A stretch of 64,000 nt of DNA from Puccinia triticina (Eukaryota): positions 2,046,001 to 2,110,000 of the forward strand of contig CP110439.1 in the NCBI GenBank assembly GCA_026914245.1, in the 5' to 3' direction. Under the pieces are notes generated by a model, which saw nothing but the letters and a program-made list of their open reading frames with translations, had not been told where the DNA came from and ran no database searches. How positions within the stretch are numbered: position 1 is the first letter of the stretch; each line of letters begins with the position of its first letter. Of this stretch, positions 1 through 12,700 are shown piece by piece. A program made the translations under genes and the position numbers.

Positions 1-35
1 ACGAACGCACTACCTACTCCAGCATTCACTTCTGG

Positions 36-1942
36 GTGCTCATTTGGCTAACCTACTTATTCGTGCAAAATGTGCCATGTATGTTTCATCCGAACCCTGC
101 AGAGACATGGCTCAGGCTGCCGTCGGCTCAAACGATGCAAGAATTGGATTCCCTTCATGATCTCCTCGATTTCTCCCATAGCCCGTTGCCAGAACCTCAT
201 CCCGCTAGTCGAATCGATACGCGTCCGCCGCCTGGATCACATGACCTTAGCGATATTCTCAATGTTGCCAATATTCCATGGCCGGAATCTCATCCCGATC
301 CCCGTAGCACTATTAGTATCGACAATGTGCATCCGCTGCCTGAACCGGGTTACCTTCACAACAACAATATCTTTGATTTGCCCCGTAGTCCACAGCTGGA
401 GTCCCATCCCATTGTCACGGCCACCGACACGCATGCAACGCGTGTTCAAAAAAAGAGGCCAAGCGACAAAAACCAGCTCGAAACTCCAGCGAGAAAAAAG
501 AAGAAACCCTCAAGCGTTGAGACTGCTCTTGCTTTCGAAATCATCAATTCTGAGCGGCCCATTGAAGAAGAAAGACAAGGTGGCACTGTTGACAATATGC
601 ATCCGCTTCCTGTATCGGGTCACCTTCTCAACAATAATGTTCTTGATTTCGCCAACCCTCCACAGCTGGAATCTAGTCCCATTCTCACTGCTACCAATAT
701 GCACCCAATGAGTGTTCAAAAACAGAGGCCAAAGGGGCAAAAAAACTCAAAACTTTAGCGAGAGAAAAGAAGAAACCCTCAAGCGATGATACTACTCTTG
801 CTTTCGAAATCACCAATTCTGAGCGGACCATTGAAAAAGAAAGACAAGGTGGCACTGTTGAAAACATGCGTCCGCTGTCTGCATCCGGTTACCTTCACAG
901 CAATAATATTCTTGATTTTTCCAGCCCTCCACAGCTTGAATACAGTCCCATTCTCACTTCCACCAAGATGCACCCAATGAGTATTCAAAAACAAAGGCCA
1001 AACGGCCAAGAAAAGCTCAACAGCTTGGTGAGAAAAAATATGAAACCCTCTGATACTGCTCCTGCTTTTGAAATCATCAATTCTATGCGGCCAAGGGAAA
1101 GCGAAATACGAGTCATCTTTGAAGCAATCCGAAGCTTGAAAAAACTCAACGGGGACAGATTCATAGGAAGCAAAAAGGAAGGCGAATAGAAGATGCTTAA
1201 GATAGAGGAGGATCAAGTTTGCAAATGCCTTTTTTGAAAGGAAGGCAGGGGTGAAAACACAGACATCTACAATCAAATTGTAAACGTTAGGACACCAGAA
1301 ACCACACTTGATATTTCCGCACAACATAAAGCAAGAAGGTGGAGTGCCATGTCACGATTCATGAAAGAAGCCAACAATAACAATCTTGAATTGTGGTTGC
1401 TCTACACTTATCGTGTTGTCCTGCAGTTTGTAGATCTTAAAATTCAGCTTCAAGAAAAAATCCAGACTAATTACTCTGGACCACAGGTACAAAGTTTACT
1501 GGACGACTTGGAATACTCCCAGAAAGTTCTACCAGTCTATTTGTTCTATGTAGATGTAATCAACACACTCATTCCAGCCCAAGTTGCGGGGATCAAAGAT
1601 GTGGCTACATTGCAATCACAAAGGCAAGCAGCTGGGCGTCATTTTTTTGAGTACCTGCGTGAACTTATTGAGCACCCATACCGGGTAGAATATACACCTC
1701 TCATAAAGGACAGATTGCAATTATCAAAATTGGATTTGCATATAAAAAACAGCGTTATTTCAACTTTTTGTTGGCCCATCTTAATCCAATGGATCTATCC
1801 CTCAAGAGCTTTGTTATCATCTTCAATGCTTCTTCATTGCAAGAAAGGAGAATTACCCCAAAGATTCAAGTACTTGATCAACAAAATCTTTGCCTGTTAT
1901 GTGGAGCAGTTCTTTGACAAGCCCATGATTACACTTCATTGA
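36..1942 (+). pseudogene. Disrupted lineage-specific gene encoding a protein with ~90-aa tandem repeats and a helical C-terminal region
   Basis: ORFs 36-758, 866-1189 and 1349-1942 continue one another across a TAG (756-758) and frameshifts. The repeat DNxHPLPxxGxLxNNNxxDxxxxPQLE recurs. The 5' end may lie outside the window and no family was recognised. Confidence 0.5.
321..1100 (+). repeat. Three tandem copies of a ~270-bp coding repeat
   Basis: Units start at ~321, ~591 and ~860 (gacaatgtgcatccg / gacaatatgcatccg / gaaaacatgcgtccg). Confidence 0.85.
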
Positions 1943-2020
1943 AGTCCCCTTTGTTAAAACTTCAGACAGATGTAATTGAATATTTGTTTTCTTTCAATTT
2001 GCTTTATGCTTTGAGAACAA

Positions 2021-2047
2021 CTAGAGGACAAGGCGGCTCTGCCGCTG
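2021..2047 (-). mobile_element. Helitron-type 3' terminus (hairpin + CTAG)
   Basis: Minus strand reads GCGGC-aga-GCCGC-cttgtcct-CTAG|T, the same pattern as at 14649 and 40690. Confidence 0.65.
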
Positions 2048-2683
2048 AAAATTGAGGGTTAGTCCTCTGCAAATTAATTATGGGGTAAGTTAATTTTGCA
2101 AACCATTTTTTACAACCCATATGGGTTGTAAAATTCTACTTACCTAGTGTTGTACTATAATCTTACAACTCATGCTCCTAGTTTCAACGGTTGTAAATAG
2201 ATAGTATGCAAAACATGGTTTGTAATTTTGTGTCTGGCATGTGCATAGAGTAGATTCACAAACTATGTTTTGCAACTCTCACATGTCAAGGTTGTGAAAC
2301 TGAATAACGAGCTGTCAAAATCAAATTTCACAAACCATTTATTTGCAATCCATTAGGGGGGTTCACGATTGGATTTCACCAGAAATTTTTAACCACCCCA
2401 CCAGGAGAGTTGCGCACGCTGCGCACTTAAAATTTTAACTCACCAGAAAAGATCCACAAGCAAAATTTACTGGCGGCTCAGCAACGGAAACGGACTGGCA
2501 TCCAATCACCTGCCAGAGGAGAAACCCCCAAACACCCACCCTCACCTTGGACCGGCACACATCCAGCCATCACCCGCCCATTGGAAACTGCTCGCCTCCC
2601 TCGACCTTGGAACCCATCCCTTCATCACCCGCTCGCCTGGCCACCTCCGAACACACGAGCCAAGTGGTATCGTCATCACCTGC

Positions 2684-4049
2684 TTGCCCCGGCAGTCACC
2701 TCTGATGCACAAGTATAGCGAGCGGCAACAGGTCATTTGTGACCTGTTCATGATGATCATCTTCCTTCATCATCAAGAGACTGACGGCATGCTGGATTCT
2801 ATCTTGGGGATACCAACGGTCCCTTCCCTTGGCGCAACGGTGGCTCCTGACGATCCCGGGCATGCTTTGGTGTTGGACCTCCTGTTTGAGGATGAAGAAA
2901 CCATATCTGATATTCTCGGCTTTCTGCTCAGTAACCGGTACTTGCACACTCCATCGCCGGGAAAGACACTGACACACGACAAATACAACTTGGTGCGCCT
3001 GTTTGAGATGAGGGACAAAGATTTCAAACAAGCGGTCCAAACGACGTAATTGGGCTTCATGTGGCTTCTTGAAAAGATATGCGCTAACCCAATCTTCCAG
3101 AGCAACAGCCCTTGACAACAGCTCCCAATACCACACCAGTTAGCCCTCACCCTCAAAAGGCTTGGTTCCAACGGCAATGGGGCCTTGGTGGGAAGATTTG
3201 CCAGGAACCTCTGCGTGGGCCGTGGAACTGTTGTCAAAATTACTCGCCGGGTGGTTCGCGCGATCAATGACTTGTCTGGTTCTCACCTGATATGGCCGGA
3301 TGCGAACAGAAAAAGGGAGATCTCCGACGTTATGAAGGCAGTGTTGGCTTTGTTGATGGCACAACCATCCCCCTCTACCAGCGCCCAAGCATTGATGGCA
3401 AGGTGTTTTTTGATCGAAAAAAACGTTACTCGATCAACTGCCAGATAGTCTGCGACTGCGATCAGTACATCACAGCGTACATGACCGGTTGGCCCGGCTC
3501 CTGCGGGGATAGCCTGGTATTCAAGAAAATGAAGCTCTGGTCAGAGCCCAAGGCTCATTTTGACCCAGGTGAGGGATCATGTGATATGTGGTTGTGGTTA
3601 AACTAATACTGACCGCATTCTGGCACGCAGGCCAGTACCTCATTGCCGACTTGGCCTATGAATTGAGTTGCCATTGAATCCCGGCGTACAAGGCACCCGC
3701 CGCATACATCAAGGAGAACACGGAGTTTAATTACTGCCTTGCAAGGTCCCGCGTTTGAAACAAGCACACGACTGGGATCCTCAAGGGCCGATGGGCCTCC
3801 CTCCAGCACTTACGTCTGGCTATCCAAAAGCCATCGGACATGAAAGAAATTATCCGATGGGTCCACTGTTGTGTCACTCTGCACAACATGCTTGCTAGTC
3901 TAGGCGATTCTTGGGACATCTTGGATACCCCGGCTGAAGATTCTCATCCAGCGGAAAACTCAATCAATGACTCCGCAAGATCTCATTGCAATAGTGTACA
4001 GTCACGTTGTCTTCAGACCAATTACTCCCTTGGAGTATTGCCGTTGTGA
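2684..4049 (+). pseudogene. Harbinger DDE transposase (DDE_Tnp_4/HARBI1-like), inactivated
   Basis: Motifs QLALTLKRLGSNG, GFVDGTTIPL, YMTGWPGSCGD, YLIADLAY, KHTTGILKGRWASL and CVTLHN. Intron at ~3569-3630. In-frame stops (e.g. 3113, 3756), a frameshift near 3340, and K at the expected catalytic E. Confidence 0.9.
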
Positions 4050-4169
4050 TTCTGCTCACTATTGGTGTCAACCCTCATTCTTGTTTTAATTCTCTTTCAC
4101 ATTTATTTTTCTTTCCCCGTTTTTCATAACTAGTAGTGCTGGATTAAATACCATAAATGTATATCTTGT

Positions 4170-4830
4170 TCAGGAGCTTATATTAGTAGCATCTGAGTTG
4201 TTTCCGTCCTTGCAGTCTGCCCTTTCAGGCACAACTTGTTGAGATTCATTGTTGGATGAGCCTCTCCCTTGCCGGTACACGCGTACAAAATCCCTAAGGG
4301 TTTCTTGGCGCATAACTGAATGCAGGACATCCCAATGCGGAAATCTTTGGAGGGTATAGTCTGAGGTAGCAAGGCTATAATTCATCAGTCCTTGAGCCTG
4401 GCTGTGTAGGGAATTCCTGGAGAAACTCACTCCAAAGGATCCACATACCCTCATTGCCTAGGCTGGCATAAAGCTCATCTCGGCTTTGGGCCATGAAATC
4501 ACAAGCTATCTGGTAACTCCTTTGAAGGTAACGGATTCAATCAATTATAGCTACGTATGCCCAAATCACGGTCACTTCAGCTTGTACGGGTAGGTAAGGA
4601 CAGGGAATTCTGTTCTTACCTCTATTATCTCGTCGGATATTATGATCAAGCATGATCCCTTAAATCTCATTTGTCACCAGCTCTTGGTTTGCCCGGTCAA
4701 ACCACAAACGGCCCTTGCTCCTCCATTGGTCGTAGTTGCCAGGTACTGTGAGCCAGTTGAGGAGGATCATCAATCTGGATGGCCCGCCGTTGATGCCATT
4801 GTTAGACCATGAGGCTCTTCTGGGTTCTCT
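4170..4830 (-). pseudogene. Second Harbinger-associated Myb/SANT-like ORF, degenerate
   Basis: Minus strand encodes WSNNGINGGPSRLMILLNWLTVPGNYDQWR (~4809-4720) and later QRFPHWDVLHSVM, resembling Harbinger accessory proteins as I recall them. Confidence 0.55.
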
Positions 4831-5491
4831 GTGAGTGCAATTGGGGGGGGGGGGGGGGGTACGTTGTGGTGCTCAATTGGCGTGACAATGCCAAAAGCAC
4901 ATTGCAGAGGTATTGGGACAGCATAGATACAGCTACGATTCATTATAAGAGGAGGAAGTTATATATAATATAAGGAGTGTATGTGTGCATGGGAGGGATG
5001 GAGTCATTACAGACGGATGGATGATGGAAGGTGTTATCACGGATGGAACGGCAGACTAGGATTATGTAGGATGGACGGCATGATCAGGGATGGAATGGAG
5101 GAACATGACTAGGTAGGACAGCAGGGAGGTGGAGGAGGGATGTATCAATAGAAGAGGTGGAAGGTATTGGGAGCACATGTCTCAACCAGGAATAGAAGGG
5201 AGGATGGTGTGGTGTATCAAGTAAGGCAGTGTTATAAGGGTATATTACTTGTATAAGGGTATATTATCTTTATAAGGGTGGTATATTACTTTATAAGGGT
5301 CTAGGATTCAGTATGATGGGATATGGATGGAAGTATTAATTAGGTGAGGAGGAAGAAGGAAGAAAGGAGCAATGTGGGAGGAGAGGCTTTGACCCCCAAT
5401 ATTCTGGATGGAAGAAGGCAACAGCTGGACATGCAGGTATATGGTAGGTTACAGAAGGTTGTTTGGGTCACCTAGCAACACATGATATCAT

Positions 5492-5650
5492 GCAGTGCAG
5501 CATATGCAGGCAGATAAGGTGTTCAAGGAGTTTTTCTGCAGAATCAATTACATCATTGTTTGGCAGGCAGTGCAGCATATGCAGGCAGATAAGGTGTTCA
5601 AGGAGTTTTTCTGCAGAATCAATTACATCATTGTTTGGCAGGCAGTGCAA
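5492..5650. repeat. 75-bp tandem duplication
   Basis: gcagtgcagcatatgcaggcagataagg...tttggcag occurs twice head to tail. Confidence 0.9.
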
Positions 5651-6994
5651 CACATGCATATATTGCTGTGCAACTGATATCCCCTGCAGAAAATAGCCCT
5701 CACAATGAGTTCCCCTGGAGCTAAATTCCCTCACCCTTCAATATATAAGGAGGCCTCTTTCCCCCCCCCTCATCAGATCTTTTCATCATCAGCCTACAGA
5801 GGTTTGGTCACAGTGGTTAGCTTAGTTACATTGGTAGTTTAGTGGTAGTGGTAGTGGTAGTGGTAGTGTTAAGTTAGAGTCAGTAGTAGTAGTAGTCAGG
5901 AGCTCTAGTAGTAATTAAAGTGCCTTTTCAAGAGATTGTTAAGGAAGAGATCATTACCAACCTTCTCATGAACAACCCAAAGTCAACAACAATTGTATCT
6001 TACATAATTAATTGATGAATTTTGGACTCAGAGGTGGAGAAATGAGTGAAGAACAAGCCTGAGGAAGAAAGCTTGAGGCGGAGAACAAAACAAGGGAGCC
6101 CAAGAAAGGGCCAAGCTGCTTAGATGTGAAGGGGAAAAAGGCCCCTCACTACAAGAGACTCTCAGGTCTCAGGGAACAGGCGCAGGAACTGATGGTATTT
6201 TGATTATCCAGATGAGCAGACTTTGTAGCTATTACAACTGAGGGACAAGTTGTGGGCAGAAGTTGAACAAGCATATTCATCTGGAGGGAGGAAAAAAGAG
6301 TGAAAGATGTGTGAAAGGGAGAGAAATGGACCCTGGGCAGTTGCAGTTTCAACATTAATCCCACTGGATTATATTATTCCCCATCATCAGAAGTTGTAAC
6401 AGATCTGCAAGATTAGTGATTTGAGGTATCTAGGTCTGATAGAGATTACTATACAAAAGTAAGATCTATCTTGGAATCAGCCACATCTTTATAAATATTG
6501 ATTACAAGACTTTTAGTTATTTGCATAGTACCATTAGAGGGACAGGTCTTTCAAACCACCTGTAAGTTGTAATAGCCTTTCAACCTATTAGCAATTTATT
6601 TCCCCCTCAGAGGATATTTTCACCGAATAAACATCTAGTGTCCCACAAGAGTCCCTACAACATCAACACCTAATTGCCATTTTTACCGCAGGTTTCTGGG
6701 AGCTGGTGGGAGGAAGAGCTCTTGAGTTTGTTATATAGCCTGGGCGTCCACCTCCAGGCAATACATCTTGGCCCAATACAGCTTTTCCAAACCACAACTG
6801 AGCCGTGTGTTTGGATGTGGCTTGATGTGGCTTGGGTTAATTTTTTGGCCCCTGAGTCGCTCATATCATCATGTTTGATGGAACAATTTGATTCCATCCA
6901 AGCAAGCAATACAAGTTATATTCCAAGGGAGCCAACAAACATAATGTGGTATTCAGAAGGATAGGAAATCATAACCAATAACAGAAAACATCAG

Positions 6995-7253
6995 ACCACA
7001 GCAGGTGAAGAGAGAGGGGATCAGATGACCACAGTGATTGTTGGGGGGGGCATATCTAAAACGTGGCAAATATCAATTGTGGGAGGGAAACCGTCATCCC
7101 TCGCGTCAAGAGAGACCGCTACAACCACAGCAGGTGAAGGGAGAGGGGATTGAATGACCACAGTGATTGTTGGGGGGGGGCATATCTAAAATGTGGCAAA
7201 TATCAATTGTGGGAGTAAATCTGTCCTCCCTCACGTCAAGAGAGACCGCTACA
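6995..7253. repeat. ~130-bp tandem duplication
   Basis: accacagcaggtgaag...gagagaccgctaca at 6995-7123 and 7124-7253. Confidence 0.9.
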
Positions 7254-7344
7254 CAAACTCATGAGGGCCGCCAATAAAATATCAGTATTAGTCTGTGTTG
7301 AAGTACTATGTCAAGAGGGAACAAGAGTGACAAACCACTCGGCT

Positions 7345-8943
7345 TCATCCATAAATAACCTTCAAAAGCACCTCAACCTCGGCGGCGGTTTTGCACTGAC
7401 CTATGAACTTGCGTGCACTTTCCATCCTTGCCTGAGCCAATGTTAGTTGGGCCGTCACCAATTGGTTTGCACAATCAACCTCTTGCGCGTGGCGTAGCTT
7501 TTTGCAATCTGATTCATGTTGAAGGCAATTGCGCTCCCTCTCCTTATCCCAGGACATATGCTCTTTGAGGTAAGCAAATTTCTCGGTGTTGGCGCTTTTG
7601 AAGGCGGAGGCAAGACTCTTGGATTTTGTTTGATTGCTGCAATTGGGTCCCACAGGAGTTGAATCAGCTGATTGTTGATTAGCAAACACCCGGCGGCCAG
7701 CTGGCGCGGCCTCGTTGGCCGCAGATTGATAGCCACTTGGGGCCACACTGCCATGTGTTGCTTGATGGATCGAATGCTTAGATATCAAGCTTGGGGAGGG
7801 ATCTGCTGCAGTCTCACTCAAATCAAGGGGCGGAGGGAGCTCTTCATCCTCACCAACCAAGTTTGGGCCGTTGATAGGTCGTGCAAGCGTATCTGGAAGG
7901 AGCCGGATGTTTGGAGTGATGATGCCCGGGGGGGCAGCTCGTCTTGAGTCTCATCCCAGCCCAAATAGAAGATCTCCTGAGTGGACTGAGGAGCATCGGA
8001 GTCATTGGAGCCATCATACAGATTGCCTCCCGTCATGGAGCCGAACTCGGCCCAAAGGGGTGATGTTTGCCTTTGCTCCAAAGATTGAGTACATCCATTT
8101 GTAGCACGGGCACTTACTCTTGAGGATCTTGGCCAGAGTAGGTAGGTCTTCACCCTCTTCAATCCCGGCTCCGGTATTATTGGCCTTTGCAAACCGCTTC
8201 TTGTAGCCATCAATTCGTTGGCGGAGCTGGGACCCGGTGAGATGCAGGGGGGAGTTAGACTTATTGTTAATGTAGATCGCAAACATGTTGTACGCCGCCG
8301 CCTTTGTGAACTTGGTTGTGCCAACCACCGTCTTGGCCCCATCACCATACAAGCGGGTATAGTTGGCCTCCTCCTCGAGGTAAGAGCATACATGGTTGTA
8401 GTCTTCAGTCACGAACGGCGGGTTAGCATCCAAGCCAGTTGTCTGGGATGCAGGTGGGGCAGATCCCTGGAAATTCGGAGTTGAGATCGGGGTGGTCACA
8501 CATTTTGACGGTTGAGAAGTACGGCAAGGGTTACAAGAGCGGGGGGCATTCTTTTTTCCACCTTTGCCTTTGTACCTATTGGCGACACCGTGAGTCTTGA
8601 TTCTTGCCTCTTCTGCCTTGGCTTGAGCAAGCTGCGCCTGATGTGCAATCATCTGCGCTTTAGTCCTGCGGGCCTGTTTTGGCTTCCCACTTGCTGGGGC
8701 AGGGTCCAGGCGAGGCAATTGAGATCTGGTGCCTGACGTTGAAATGGTGTTCAGCAAGAGCAACGGGCTACAATCGGATTGGAGGCGGAGGTCGGATATG
8801 TTGGGAGACAGGCCGGATGGGCTATCAAACAAGCTGGGATCCAAATAAGGTTTGGGAAAGGGATCAGTCGGGGGTGATTGATGATCAAAAGGGATGGGAA
8901 TGGAGATGTACATACCTGACTGGATATGGTCATTTGGGAACAC
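7345..8943 (-). pseudogene. Harbinger accessory Myb/SANT-like DNA-binding protein, frameshifted
   Basis: YLEEEANYTRLYG...TKAAAY...YKKRFAKA...TGAG...KCPCYKWMYSIFGAKAN, followed by a coiled-coil tail (ORF 7345-7860). Convergent with the transposase and inside the TIRs. Confidence 0.75.
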
Positions 8944-9459
8944 TCAGCTGAAAAAAAAGATCAAACGAGGTGGGTGAAACGGCGACGGAGTGTCAGAGGT
9001 GTGACGTTGGCTGTTGGAAATGGTGGTATTGCGGGAATCAGGTGAGGGGGGGGGGTCTGATGTGGGAGCCGCACTTGTAGCTTTATCTAAATTTTACTGA
9101 TGGCGGGGGGATGACCAGTAGCGGTTTATTGCTTCTGGTGGTTGTTTGTGTTGGGATTTTATGCATAATTTTAAGTGTGAATATCCACCAGCAAGAAAAT
9201 TTTTAGGGGTTCACCAGAAACGTTTTATCCAATCCTGAACTCCCCTATTAGGTGTTGTGAAATAAGCTATGCAAATAAGCTTTTTTGGACCGTGAGATAC
9301 AATTTTACAACCCATCTCAAACTGAATTGCAACCCATCACACTAACCTACTCAGTGTCATCCTGCATCAACCATGCACCAACAAGCTCAAAAAACAAACA
9401 AAAGGACAAAAATGAAATCAGCAAGACCTCCCGGCTGGATTGATCAGTCTTCCTTCCCT

Positions 9460-9693
9460 CAATGGTGCAACAAGTACAATACATGTAATTGTATTCCACT
9501 GTATCATATTGGAAAAATACCAAAATAAATGTATCTGTATTGTAATTTTTTTCAAAAACTGTACATATGTATCATTGGAATTCTTTGGTGAAACCAGTAC
9601 AAAATGTATTTATTGTAATTGAATGTATCTGCATGAAAATACAATACAATGTATAGCCTATACAATACATGTATTGTAATTGTTGCAGCGTTG
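9460..9693. mobile_element. AT-rich MITE-like inverted-repeat element
   Basis: Left end caatggtgcaacaagtacaatacatgta matches the reverse complement of the right end tacatgtattgtaattgttgcagcgttg. Internal TACAAT/ATTGTA motifs. No clean TSD. Confidence 0.55.
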
Positions 9694-9717
9694 CTCCCAC
9701 ACTCTGTCCAACCGCCA

Positions 9718-12700
9718 ATGACAAAGACAACAACAACAACTCTGACACCAAAAACTCTCCCAACAATGGATCCGCCGCTGTTCAATCCAGAGTCTAGTCC
9801 TATTTCCTCCGACCCTTCAACACCTGACAGGTTCAACCCAATTCTCCCACCTTTTGGAATCAACTCCAACTTCATCATCCCACAACCTGAAATTGACTCG
9901 ATAATCCCAGATCTTAGTCCCATCTCTGGTTGCCTAGTCAATTCCTCTTCCTCTGTTTCAGCTGAAGCCCCCGTCTCAAACTCTGAAGAAATGCTGCCAA
10001 AGCCAAAGCAGCCCGTTTCAAAGCCCTCCAAGCCCTCCAAATCAATTTCGCCAAGCAACACAAGATGCACAGTCCCTCCCCAAAAGCCAAGAATTCTGAA
10101 TTGAGCTCTCCTGAAGATGCGGATGAAATGTTGAAAGCAAATACAAGGCGGATTGTGATGACGGCCAGGCTGATTTTGATGACAATCAGGCTGATTTCAA
10201 TGATGAACCAGCCAGTGCTGATGATGACAATGCCAATAATCAGCAAGGAAGACAATCATAAGAAAAAGAATGGTTTCTCCCCAAAATGGGTGACCATTAC
10301 AAGACATACATTGATCACGGATGTACGCTTGACAAGCAAGGCTATCCAATCTACCCCAACGGACGGACGGAATTTGTGCACTTACCTGAAGATGACATCA
10401 CAAATTTTGGATCAGTTGGATTTGAAAAGACAAGCTCAGTCAGCTATTGTAGCAACAGGATGTGGAAAATCACTCTGTATTTCTGTCTTGTTGCTCTGGT
10501 CTGCAATAATCTGTCCTGCAAGTGGGCCGGTTCTCCCCCTACTGGAAAAGGAGGTCAAGAAAAGCTTGAAAAAGGGTAAGTAAGGTTGGATGAGTTGCAA
10601 AATACTTTTGCTACTCATATTTTTGCAATTCACATTTTACAACCGTTATTTTCAAATTTACAACCCTTTTACTTACTTTTTTACAACTCTTATTTTTGCA
10701 TTTCATCAGCCTCATCAAATGCTGCGGCTTAGCAAACAAGTGCAACACTGTTCGCCATCAGACGTGTCCCAAATCCATGGCCATCCGTTTTGACCACCAT
10801 CTCCCATCAGGATGGGGGCTCCTCAGGCACAAGGGTAAACACCCTCATCCTTGGCCCAAAGCTAAGAAGCCCGACCTGCTTGCAAAGAAAGAACTGAAAG
10901 AGGAGATCAAGAAGAATCCCAAAGCTTGCGCACTCAAGCTTAAGGTAAGCCACTCTTATCATTCTATCCTCCCCGCTCATTCCTGCCAAATTAATTTCTT
11001 TGATTTTCCTTACCTTTTTCATGCTTTATGTAGATGGGAAAGCCTACCAATCCTCAATCTGGCTTCAAAAGTGTGGCTTCAATCCACCCATCTTACCAAA
11101 ATACAGATTGACCACCTATTATTGCCGAACCATCTTAGCTGAGTTGGGATTAGCACCAGAAAAACTTGGCGCTGGCGTCGGCAACAAATTCATCTTGGAC
11201 ATGTTTTGATGGGCCACGTAAGTTAATTTTTTTACAATCTTTCTTTGAACTTTACAACTCATTTGAATTTTAAAACTCACAAGTCTTGTTGCCCAACAAA
11301 CAGTTGGGAGATGTGGATTATTTTGTGCTTGTTCATGCCAAACGTCAAGCATTTCACCTTCCAGACGAGATGGATGGCCGATTGCTTACTCACTTGCAAT
11401 AGGAACAATCAGGTGTACAGCGGCGGTCTCATATCCGACGTCACTTACCAATACTTTGAGACGGGATACCTGCTGACCACTTCAATGTTTTGTGAAGATA
11501 CTCAACATTGGATCCATGTTCAATTGACCTGGATGCAAGGGCTCAGTGAAGAATACTATCAGATCCACTTCACTAATCTCTTCCGGCAATTTTTGAAGCC
11601 TTTGATCACCCCAGCCAAGAGGGACATGCTGGTCCGCAAGGTCGTTGACTTCTCATTGGCTCAAGTCAAAGGATTTGTGTCGGGTTACATTGAAGTCTTT
11701 TGTCAAGGAACTTTCAAGGAAGTAAGGGCAATGTTGAAGGGTTGCCGGGAGCATTACAGACGATTGGCCACTTGCATCAAACATTATTGAGCCCTTATAA
11801 CCGTGGATCAGGAGGTAAGCCATCAGCTTAAATGACTTGTAAAATTATTTTAAAAAGTCTTACAAACCTTTATGACTTGTAAAATCATATATCTCAAATT
11901 TTCAACTCATAATACTAAAAAACAATGGTCATTTTTTCCACAGGAACCCTTCTGAAAGGCATGCATGGGCCTCCTGGAGCGTGCCAAAACGGATGGCCAA
12001 ACCCACAAACAAAAGGTTGACTACATACAACATTGTTACCCCAAGGTCTGCAAATGGCTTGATTGGTGGACAGTATTGGATATCGAGGCGCTCTTGTTCC
12101 CTTTAGAGATGGCCATTAGCACCCGCTGGCGGGTACCTGCCACTCTTCAGCAGGTAGCTATCTGCCCCTAAAGGCAATCATGGCAGGTGCAAAGCTACAT
12201 GCTTGACTTTTTACCAAAATTGAACACCCCAAGCCTGCTGGCTGGCACTTCCCAGGGCATAAAGGACCTGCTGAATAGTGGCAGGTACCCGCCAGCGGGT
12301 GCCAATGGCCATCTCTAGTTCCCTTCTTGAGCTCCGCGACTTGAGGACACACCCAATGGCCTTCCTGATACCACCAATGCCCAGGAAAGCATGCATTGGA
12401 TGTTCTATTGGCTCAGGTAAGCATGGGTTGCAAATTTTCTACAATTCACATTTCACTTACCCCGTTTGTTTTAAATCCCAAGCAATGGAAGGCAATGCCT
12501 TATGGTAGGTATTATTGACTTGTACACCTTTGTTGACATGCTGGAACGTGGTGATGAAAGGAATACCAATCCGCTATGGAGCAGACACGGGGAAGAACAT
12601 AGGTCAAACCTTGGGCTTGGGCAAGAAGCGCAAGCGGTCCAAGTTGAAGTATGTAAACAATGGAAGACCGCCGGATACCACTGAAAACCTGGTCAATGGA

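Larger units (their letters stand above)
4900..7253. mobile_element. Degenerate LTR-retroelement fragments nested in the Harbinger element; boundaries approximate
   Basis: TATAAGGG repeats at 5233-5300 are the reverse complement of the CCCTTATA repeats in the LTR at 23190-23240. The segment ends in ...GACCGCTACA (minus strand begins TGTAGCGG). No TSD was found. Confidence 0.4.
2355..9246 (+). mobile_element. PIF/Harbinger (PHIS) DNA transposon, degenerate, with nested LTR fragments
   Basis: 20-bp TIRs: AGGGGGGTTCACGATTGGAT (2355) versus the reverse complement of ATCCAATCCTGAACTCCCCT (ends 9246), 2 mismatches. 3-bp TSD ATT (2352-2354, 9247-9249). Contains a DDE transposase and Myb-like ORFs. 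Confidence 0.9.
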
